Below the pieces are notes generated by a model, which saw only the letters and a list, made by a program, of their open reading frames with translations, had not been told where the DNA came from and ran no database searches. Position numbers and translations under genes: made by a program. From assembly GCA_910576985.1 (NCBI GenBank), contig CAJTLA010000003.1, positions 1-49,213 on the forward strand: DNA of 49,213 nt, written 5' to 3'. This DNA comes from an uncultured Bacilli bacterium (GTDB taxonomy: Bacteria > Bacillota_I > Bacilli_A > RF39 > UBA660). This document shows, piece by piece, positions 25,418-32,311 of this stretch. The first letter of the stretch is position 1. The number at the start of each line of letters is the position of its first letter.

Positions 25418-26797
25418 TTATCTTCTTGAATCTTCCCTAATAAAAGGTTTTTGAACATTATTTTCTATCAATTTTTTATAAGCTTTTGGCTTTCTATAAG
25501 CATCTCCCAGAGTTTCTTTGCTTCTATATTCTCGAATTTCACTCATATTAAACTTAACAATCTTAACGGCCTCTTGATCGTCCATGATCAAGAGTTCACT
25601 TTCCAACTCTTGCTTATTTATATTTCTTACTATTGGACTATAAGCAGATGACTTACCTCCATGGTTAGCATAGTTTATGGTTACAATTCCTAACATATTT
25701 TCGTATGCTCTTACTTTTAATTGATCTAGTCTTATTTGAGACATATAACAAGCATTTGGTACAATAATTATTTCACTTCCTTGTAACATTAAAACTCTTG
25801 CACTTTCAGGAAAATCCCTATCAAAACAAATCATTGTACCAATTTTTACTGTTCCTCTTGTATATTCTAAATCACAAGTTTTAAATGCTAAACCTGGTTG
25901 AGTATAAGCCTCCATTTTTGAATCCACGGTGTGAACTTTTGAATATTTTAAGATTACTTCCCCATTTTTATTAATTATCATGGCAGTATTCTTTGGCTTA
26001 TCTCCTGTTTCTTCCAAATAAGTAATCGCAATTGACATTTCAAGCTGTTTTGCCAAGTCCATATAGCAACTGATGAATTTATGGTTATCACTAATTGCTT
26101 TACTATTCCAATTATCTATTTTTTCTTGTGATATGTTATCTTGGTCTTTTAAATTTCCCTCAAATAGCATTTCATATCCAGTATTCCACATTTCTGGAAA
26201 CACTGCTATGTCAGCACCCATTTCTTTTGCTTTTTTACAATATTCAATTCCCTTCAACAGATTACCTTCCATTGTACCAGTTGGATTTAATTGTAATATT
26301 GCTATATTAAAAATATCTGATAATGTTTTTATATAATCTAATAATACACTTGATATTTTCATGATATCTTCAATATTATTTATAGTTGGAATATGAATAA
26401 AGGCAACTTTTGTCTTTAATTTGTTTTTTCGTTTAAAATTTAGCGCTCCAAAAAATACATTATTACATAAATAATTTCCAGCATCATTTGAACTCAATAC
26501 TTTAAAATTAGCCTTTTCTAAAAATACCTTTAAAACTCCATAGTAATAGTCTGTAATTAATTTAGTATCTTCTAAAATAGCATTGTTCTCTAAATAAATG
26601 TTTTTAGTCTTTGGTTTTTGCCCAAAAATTAATATATAATCATAATTTTGTAACATTTTATCTTCTATTTGTTTTTTACTAATTTCAAAACTATTTTTTA
26701 AATATAAAATATCTATATTATTTGTATCTTTTATACTATCTAAAAGAATTTTAGCCGAATTTGTGTCCCCTTCAAAACCTGCAATTAAAATTTTCAT
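25418..26797 (-). CDS. Fusion protein: N-terminal pyroglutamyl-peptidase I-like (C15) domain plus C-terminal carbon-nitrogen hydrolase (nitrilase superfamily) domain
   Basis: N-terminal domain: FGQKPKTKNIYLENNA (Glu), DAGNYLCNNVFF (Cys), AFIHIP (His). C-terminal domain: VFPEMW (Glu), KYSKVH (Lys), GTMICFDRDFPE (Cys). RBS AGGAG with an 8-nt spacer. Confidence 0.7.
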   Translation of the reverse strand: MKILIAGFEGDTNSAKILLDSIKDTNNIDILYLKNSFEISKKQIEDKMLQNYDYILIFGQKPKTKNIYLENNAILEDTKLITDYYYGVLKVFLEKANFKVLSSNDAGNYLCNNVFFGALNFKRKNKLKTKVAFIHIPTINNIEDIMKISSVLLDYIKTLSDIFNIAILQLNPTGTMEGNLLKGIEYCKKAKEMGADIAVFPEMWNTGYEMLFEGNLKDQDNISQEKIDNWNSKAISDNHKFISCYMDLAKQLEMSIAITYLEETGDKPKNTAMIINKNGEVILKYSKVHTVDSKMEAYTQPGLAFKTCDLEYTRGTVKIGTMICFDRDFPESARVLMLQGSEIIIVPNACYMSQIRLDQLKVRAYENMLGIVTINYANHGGKSSAYSPIVRNINKQELESELLIMDDQEAVKIVKFNMSEIREYRSKETLGDAYRKPKAYKKLIENNVQKPFIREDSRR

Positions 26798-27101
26798 TTT
26801 TTCATCTCCTACACTTAACTTATAGATAATAAAATTATACTATAAATCCAAAAAATTTCATATGCTCCAATTAAAATTTAATAATAACTCATACATAATA
26901 TTTTTTAGAAAGGGAGCAAAATTCGTAACTTGTACGTGATTTACTCCTGGTAATAAATCGTTTGAACAATTCAAACTCAGCACATATAATACCAGTCATT
27001 GATTAATATTTTTTATTTCCATAAATAAATTTGCTATGTTTAACAAAATGACTAGAGATATCTAGTTATTACTTAATATTAAAATAATAAAGATAAAATA
27101 C

Positions 27102-27130
27102 TTGAAAAATTTAAAATTCTACAGTATAAT
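27102..27130 (+). promoter_or_regulatory. Near-consensus sigma-A promoter of a candidate small RNA
   Basis: TTGAAA (27102-27107), 17-nt spacer, TATAAT (27125-27130). Confidence 0.6.
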
Positions 27131-27136
27131 GTATAT

Positions 27137-27250
27137 AGATGAGGAAAACCTCATAAAATAAAAAGTGGAACACTTGACTTATCGCAAAGTTGAGTGTTAG
27201 CCAAGATGGTTAACACCTTAATTCTTCTTGAATTAGGGTGCTATTTTTTT
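27137..27250 (+). ncRNA. Candidate ~115-nt small RNA (putative type I antitoxin), promoter to terminator
   Basis: Three hairpins: 27139-27154 AUGAGG/CCUCAU; 27169-27198 AACACU/AGUGUU; and the terminator at 27214-27240 (CACCUUAAUUC/GAAUUAGGGUG) with a U-run at 27244-27250. No ORF longer than 5 codons. Antisense to the 3' end of the 30-aa peptide gene. Confidence 0.45.
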
Positions 27251-27333
27251 ATTTCGGCTACTAATAAAAGTAGAAGGAACAAAATGAGAATAATGTTATT
27301 TAGAACTTTCAAAATAAAAACTCTTTTTTTCAT
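27241..27333 (-). CDS. 30-aa hydrophobic peptide (candidate type I toxin)
   Basis: MKKRVFILKVLNNIILILFLLLLLVAEIKK. GGGAGG at 27343-27348 lies 9 nt upstream of the ATG. Too short for the supplied ORF track. Confidence 0.45.
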   Translation of the reverse strand: MKKRVFILKVLNNIILILFLLLLLVAEIKK

Positions 27334-27406
27334 AATCTCAAGCCTCCCTTCAATAATAACAATGGAAGTTCGGCAAACACCCAACAAAGTCTTGTATTCC
27401 AAATAT

Positions 27407-27435
27407 ATTATACCACATTACAATGTAGTAGTAAA
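27407..27435 (-). promoter_or_regulatory. Promoter for the 30-aa peptide mRNA
   Basis: TTTACT (27430-27435), 17-nt spacer, TGgTATAAT extended -10 (TATAAT at 27407-27412). Confidence 0.5.
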
Positions 27436-27792
27436 CGAATTATCTCTTATTTTATAAAGAAAAATGCACATTACAGATTTTGAAAAATCTATATCTTGTT
27501 AAAATTCTATTTTAATATCCAAATATTATAGTATAATTCAGTCATGATTAAAGTAGGAAAAACAAATTTCTGAAAGTTCAGTACCTAACCACCAATTAAT
27601 TGAAACATAAACTTTTCAAATAAATAATAGATTAACTAGAATTGTTCACACAAACCATAATTCTAGAATATGAACAAAAAAGTCAATAATCCTTTCTTCT
27701 AGTCAACATCAAAAACATATATTACAGAAAAAATATTGAAAAAAATAAAAAAAAGTAATATAATTTCATAAGAATTAGAAAGAGGGAAAAAA

Positions 27793-28338
27793 ATGAAATC
27801 AAAAAATTTAATGTTAGGATTTATAACAATTTTATGTGCACTTTTTTTTGCTACAGGATGTTCCAAAGAAACATTAGAAGAAAAAAAAGAAGAAAAAATC
27901 GAGGGAAATTGCTCTATAACAGAATGTATGAAAAAAATAAAAGCCACAAATACTATGGAAGAAATTACTACTATTATAGGCTTTGAATCTACTACAGACG
28001 CTATGATTGGAAGCGACCCAATTTGGAAGTTTGATTCAAAAAATTGGATCAGTTTCAAAACCTATGGGAATGATGATATTACAATTCAAGCAACCATTGA
28101 TAAAGAAAGTATAAAAAATGAAAACGTAACACTCCCATCATCAAGTGATTTGCAAAAAGATTTAAATAATGGATCATTCACTTATGAAGAATTAGTTGAA
28201 AAACTTGGTGGAGACGGAACACTAACGAGTATATCAAAAAATTCTCTTAGTTATACATGGGTAGATAAAACAGGTCAAAGACTAGGAGCAACTTTTAACA
28301 ATGAAAGTGGAAAATGTACTGTAGCTAGTTATCGATAA
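27793..28338 (+). CDS. Lipoprotein with two BLIP-like/DUF3862-type repeats (tentative)
   Basis: Signal peptide with lipobox FATGC. RBS AGAGGGA. Two repeats of the form ..(T/M)(Y/E)EE(L/I)...(I/L)G......S......(Y/W)(T/K)(W/F)......(L/I)(G/S)(A/F)(T/K)(F/T). Confidence 0.6.
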   Translation: MKSKNLMLGFITILCALFFATGCSKETLEEKKEEKIEGNCSITECMKKIKATNTMEEITTIIGFESTTDAMIGSDPIWKFDSKNWISFKTYGNDDITIQATIDKESIKNENVTLPSSSDLQKDLNNGSFTYEELVEKLGGDGTLTSISKNSLSYTWVDKTGQRLGATFNNESGKCTVASYR

Positions 28339-28390
28339 CCATACAAAAAGTAAAAATAAAAACATTTTATATAATACATCCATCATATAG

Positions 28391-28421
28391 CGTTAGAAAT
28401 GAAATTTTCTAACGTTTTTTT
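28391..28421 (+). terminator. Rho-independent terminator after the lipoprotein gene
   Basis: CGTTAGAAA (28391-28399) / TTTCTAACG (28406-28414) stem followed by TTTTTTT. Confidence 0.7.
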
Positions 28422-28529
28422 ACCAATAAAAAAGAACTGAATAAAAATGATTCATTTCTACCCAATTCCTTATTTTGGAATACTAGATTTGATAAAAGAA
28501 TAAAAAAGAGAATGAGGCTTTGCGCTCCC

Positions 28530-28952
28530 CTACCATCTTGTATTTTCAATTAATAAATCGTTAGGCAACTCAAATAATTCATTATGTCTAACATTAACTA
28601 TTTTGCTTGCTATACTAAAAATTGTAAAAATAGATAGTTCATGAAAATTATTGATTCTTTCCATCATTAGATTCCAAATATCTTCACTTTTTATGGTATC
28701 TAAAGCTTTATCCCCCTTTTCAGTTAAGCATTTAATTTTGTGATCTCTAAAAACATCATTATCATCATAACTGACTTTATCAAGTACAGTTAGGTAATGT
28801 TCTTTGTTGAATAAAGTTACTAAAAATAGTACATCTTCAATTGGAAAATCTGAAATTCTTTCTTGTAGCTTTGCTACTGTTAAAGTTTCCCCATTAGGAA
28901 TTTTTTCAACTTCTAATAAAATTCTTCTAGCACAATGGTTATTTATTTTCAT
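28530..28952 (-). CDS. Small hypothetical protein, possibly winged-helix (DUF2513/YjcQ-like)
   Basis: RBS AAGGAGGAGA. The N-terminus ...CARRILLEVEKIPNGETLTVAKLQERISDFPIEDVLFLVTLFNKEHYL... resembles phage-associated wHTH proteins from memory only. Confidence 0.35.
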   Translation of the reverse strand: MKINNHCARRILLEVEKIPNGETLTVAKLQERISDFPIEDVLFLVTLFNKEHYLTVLDKVSYDDNDVFRDHKIKCLTEKGDKALDTIKSEDIWNLMMERINNFHELSIFTIFSIASKIVNVRHNELFELPNDLLIENTRW

Positions 28953-29364
28953 AAAATTATCTCCTCCTTAAATAATTTTATACCATAATCAAAAAAAAGT
29001 ATCGTAGCTTATTTATGAAAAAATCTATTTTACAAAATTCCCATGAACACTTTCAAATAATATTTCATTTTCTAATTTTAATATTATTCTTTGGTATATT
29101 ATTAGATTTTTGAAATATTTTATATTCTTTATTTTTGTAAAAGAAAAATCATATTTCTGCAATGAATTTAGTACAGATCTTGAAAATCTGCATACATTAT
29201 ACTAGACTTTTTTATTTTATGAAAGTTTCTAATTGAAAATTTTTTACTTCGTTTGTGATATGAAAAATCATTTAGACAGTAACACCTAAATAATCTCCAT
29301 GTCGTTCTTTTTCAATATAACATGATAGGATTTTAAAACAACTCTTTTATTTTTTTTTAGAATG

Positions 29365-29373
29365 TGTTATAAT
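29365..29373 (+). promoter_or_regulatory. Extended -10 promoter element of tRNA-Thr(GGU)
   Basis: TGtTATAAT 19 nt upstream of the tRNA 5' end. The -35 is poor. Confidence 0.4.
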
Positions 29374-29392
29374 TAATATTACCAAGCAACAT

Positions 29393-29466
29393 GCCACAAT
29401 AGTATAATGGTATTACGAAGCCATGGTAAGGCTTTAACGTAGGTCCGATTCCTACTTGTGGCACCA
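29393..29466 (+). tRNA. tRNA-Thr (anticodon GGU)
   Basis: GCCACAA acceptor, AAGCC-AUGGUAA-GGCUU anticodon arm, GUAGG-UCCGAUU-CCUAC T-arm, encoded CCA. Confidence 0.8.
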
Positions 29467-29552
29467 GATGGATAACAAACTCGAACTTTCGAGTAACAAT
29501 TAAAAAAGAGAACATTCAATTTAAAAAATTGGAATATCTCCCTAAATTTAAT

Positions 29553-29590
29553 TAAGCGGACATTTAATTCACTGAAGAATTAAGTGTCAT
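29553..29590 (+). terminator. Rho-independent terminator downstream of tRNA-Thr(GGU)
   Basis: GACATTTAATTC / GAATTAAGTGTC stem (one G-U pair) followed by ATTTTTTT. Confidence 0.55.
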
Positions 29591-29705
29591 TTTTTTATTA
29601 CTACTATCATAATGATAAGAAGAAATAAAATAATACAATCAGTTTTAGAATCCGTATTACAAAAAAATTGGCCATATTTCAGACCAAAAATGATAAATAA
29701 AAATC

Positions 29706-29972
29706 CTACTGATAACGATGACAAGAATGATGTCCATTATGTCTTCCATATCCTGTATGATTTGCAGCATGTGTATGTGGAGCTTGCTGATCACAATTTG
29801 AAAATCCATAACGACAATAAGAACTTTGATTATGTCTATGATAAGTTGATGAATTATCAGAAGTATCATTGACTACTGGATTAGAAACCACATGATTTTG
29901 TGTATAAGCATAAACAGTTCCACCACATAAAAATAAAGCCATAACACCTACAATACATAAATTTTTTTTCAT
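29706..29972 (-). CDS. Small secreted His/Cys-rich protein (88-aa precursor)
   Basis: RBS GGGAGG with a 7-nt spacer. Signal peptide MKKNLCIVGVMALFLCGGTVYA. The mature ~66 aa carry 10 His and 3 Cys (HRHNQSSYC...SNCDQQAPHTHAANHTGYGRHNGHHSCHRYQ). Confidence 0.6.
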   Translation of the reverse strand: MKKNLCIVGVMALFLCGGTVYAYTQNHVVSNPVVNDTSDNSSTYHRHNQSSYCRYGFSNCDQQAPHTHAANHTGYGRHNGHHSCHRYQ

Positions 29973-30288
29973 ATATTTTCCTCCCTCTATGAATACATTC
30001 TTTTAAAATTATACTACTTTTTCACCAATTTCATTATAAAAAATGAAGTTTTTTATTGAAAAGTGAAACAGAAAAATTGGATGAATGATCTACCATAGTA
30101 GATTATGATACAAGTAAAAATGCATCATCAAATACATTTTAACAAAATATTAAAAAAGTCGCAATAACTATTTTCCTCTTATATATTTTCTTAATGACCT
30201 AACAAAGTCTATTTCATCTCATATATAATTATCTTAACTCAACTTTTCAAAAATTATGAAAGAAATCATCTAATCTACTCTTCCCTTT

Positions 30289-30564
30289 CTATTTTGATAA
30301 CCTGATATATCCTTCTTTAATACAAATTGGAACAATCTCATTTTTTAATGTATTAGAAAGAATAGAAAAATCATCTTCTACCCCTAATTCTTCATGACAT
30401 TCCCGAATCGCCGCTTCATACTCACTTTCACCGACCTCTACACTACCACCAATCATTTGATAAATCGGTCTTTTCCTAGACTTATCAATCAATAATTTTC
30501 CATCTTTAAAAAATAATGTTCCCACAACTTTTTTTCCATACGATCCCTTCTTTTCCAATTTCAT
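30289..30564 (-). CDS. Short NUDIX-box protein (possibly truncated NUDIX hydrolase)
   Basis: GGSVEVGESEYEAAIRECHEELGV matches Gx5Ex7REUxEExGU. Only 91 aa, with a short region after the box. Confidence 0.55.
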   Translation of the reverse strand: MKLEKKGSYGKKVVGTLFFKDGKLLIDKSRKRPIYQMIGGSVEVGESEYEAAIRECHEELGVEDDFSILSNTLKNEIVPICIKEGYIRLSK

Positions 30565-30595
30565 TTTATCATAAATTTCATAGAAAAAAGAGACT

Positions 30596-30919
30596 TTAAT
30601 CTCTTTTTTTTAACTTTACAGCTGTTCCATACGCAATAATCTCAGCAGCCCCATTCATAACTGCAGAAGAACCATAGCGAATATTAATAATTGCATCAGC
30701 ACCTAAACTTTTTGCCTCATCTACCATTCTCTTAGTAGCCATCTGCCTAGCCGTTGCAATCATTTCTGTATATCCAGCAATTTCCCCACCTACAATCGTT
30801 TTCATGCCTGCCATAAAATCTCTTCCAATATTCTTAGATTGAACAATTTGTCCTTTTACAATCCCCAAAGCTTCTATAATCTCTTCTCCTGGAATATAAT
30901 CAATATTTACTAGCTTCAT
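30596..30919 (-). CDS. YbjQ/UPF0145 (DUF74) family protein
   Basis: Family-typical sequence ...GIVKGQIVQSKNIGRDFMAGMKTIVGGEIAGYTEM...AR..A..RM...A..LGADAIINIRY. ATG at 30919 with RBS GGAGGAGAA. Terminator hairpin at its 3' end. Confidence 0.8.
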   Translation of the reverse strand: MKLVNIDYIPGEEIIEALGIVKGQIVQSKNIGRDFMAGMKTIVGGEIAGYTEMIATARQMATKRMVDEAKSLGADAIINIRYGSSAVMNGAAEIIAYGTAVKLKKRD

Positions 30920-31544
30920 CTTCTTCTCCTCCATTAATTTCTTTTATTCTATGAATCAAATTTACAATAATACCAAGTAGTGGAATTACTAAAATAAATA
31001 TCATAAACGCATAAATAAACCATGGCATATTTTTAGGCTCTGTACATTGAAAATAAGTAATTATCCCTATTAAAAATAGAAAAAAGCTCCCAAATAAAAA
31101 ACTAGATATTATTGCACCCACTATTTTTTTAGTTTTGCTTGTTTTTATCTCTCTCATTGTAAAACCTTCCTTATTTAAAACATTCATTGTTTTAAAATAT
31201 TCTTCAATTTCAATTGTTTCATAAGTATCGTTTGAAGTACTGATAGAAACACACATAGCCTTTATTTTTTGATAATTCTCTTCTTCTTTTTCTATTTTCT
31301 GAATTCTATCTATCATGCATTCCTGTAATGTGAGATCTCCATCTTTTAGTTGCCTTAATTCCCTAATAGAAACATTTAATTCTCTTAAAAATTTAATAAT
31401 TTTCAATGTTCGAATCTCTTTTTCTGTATAAACGCGGTAATCATTTTCTTGATTTCGTTTTGGTACAAGCAAACCATTTTCTTCATAATAGCGAATGCTT
31501 TTTTTAGATAACCCAACTATGTGTTCTACTTCATTAATAAGCAT
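30900..31544 (-). CDS. MerR-family transcriptional regulator with C-terminal transmembrane region
   Basis: N-terminal HTH IVGLSKKSIRYYEENGLLVPKRNQENDYRVYTEKEIRTLKIIKFLRELNVSIREL. Coiled-coil region, then two hydrophobic segments near aa 145-200. Confidence 0.8.
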   Translation of the reverse strand: MLINEVEHIVGLSKKSIRYYEENGLLVPKRNQENDYRVYTEKEIRTLKIIKFLRELNVSIRELRQLKDGDLTLQECMIDRIQKIEKEEENYQKIKAMCVSISTSNDTYETIEIEEYFKTMNVLNKEGFTMREIKTSKTKKIVGAIISSFLFGSFFLFLIGIITYFQCTEPKNMPWFIYAFMIFILVIPLLGIIVNLIHRIKEINGGEEDEASKY

Positions 31545-31605
31545 ATGTTCCTCCTTCCTAAAATAGATAATAAGCTATTCCCTTAGGGGAATGTCAAGTA
31601 CATTT

Positions 31606-32244
31606 TTATTTTTCTATCAATTGATAACTTTCACCAATTAATTGCTTTAACAAATCGATATCCAAATTAGAATCTAATAAAACTGTAATCCAATGTTTTT
31701 TATTCATATGATAAGCTGGGAAAAAATGCTGATGATCGATTAATGACTGAATTCGATTAGGATCATTCTTTACATTCATTGCCTCCACTTTTTCTGCCCC
31801 CTGTAACCCTAAAGTTTCACGTGAAATATTGATAATAAGACCAAACCATTTTTGTTTTTTTTCTGTTTTCAATACAGCATAACTCGAATGCTCTTCCCAT
31901 AGATATTCAGGTATAATCCCATACTTCTCCTTTACATACAATAATATTTGATTTCGAATATCAATTGGTTCAAAGCAATTTTGAATGATATCATCTCTTA
32001 ATAATGAAATCTTTTTTCTTAAATCACTCACATAAGAACCTATTTCCTCTTGAACATAAAAAGGCAAATACTTTTCTTGAAAAGAATCATATACATCAAT
32101 TTGCAACCCTGTTAAGGTAAGCGTAAAAACAACACATAGATCATCAATGAGTGACTTTCGTAGTACATAATTTGATTTTTCTTGATGAAATCCATAGTCC
32201 AATAAATAATCAAAATTTGGCCGATACTGACTAATCTCATACAT
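31606..32244 (-). CDS. MmcQ/YjbR-family protein with N-terminal extension
   Basis: C-terminal ...PAYHMNKKHWITVLLD... signature of the YjbR family (from memory). ATG at 32244 with RBS GAAGGAAG. Confidence 0.55.
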   Translation of the reverse strand: MYEISQYRPNFDYLLDYGFHQEKSNYVLRKSLIDDLCVVFTLTLTGLQIDVYDSFQEKYLPFYVQEEIGSYVSDLRKKISLLRDDIIQNCFEPIDIRNQILLYVKEKYGIIPEYLWEEHSSYAVLKTEKKQKWFGLIINISRETLGLQGAEKVEAMNVKNDPNRIQSLIDHQHFFPAYHMNKKHWITVLLDSNLDIDLLKQLIGESYQLIEK

Positions 32245-32311
32245 AACAACACTTCCTTCTAACAATAGAATACCAGAAAAGAAAAACAAAAATCAACGTC
32301 TTATAAAAAAA

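Noticed and set aside
834-26336. Other embedded or antisense track ORFs: 834-1082, 3953-4156, 5102-5386, 6873-7067, 8218-8430, 10565-10819, 12038-12423, 15296-15484, 16939-17338, 20421-20666, 21573-21788, 23676-23891, 25257-25651, 26073-26336
   Set aside because: Each is fully contained in a longer ORF carrying recognisable catalytic motifs, or lies in the IS remnant. All have low-complexity translations and no RBS.
27194-27457. 87-aa plus-strand ORF in the islet
   Set aside because: It starts with an alternative codon inside the sRNA hairpins, runs straight through an intrinsic terminator, has no SD, and is antisense to the well-signalled 30-aa ORF.
27699-28058. 119-aa minus-strand ORF
   Set aside because: It is antisense to the lipoprotein gene, which has an RBS, lipobox and terminator. 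Its translation is Phe/Ile/Ser low-complexity, typical of AT-rich antisense frames.
29612-29872. Two ORFs (86 aa plus-strand, 70 aa minus-strand) overlapping the His-rich peptide gene
   Set aside because: Neither has an SD or signal sequence. The 29706-29972 frame has both and is retained.
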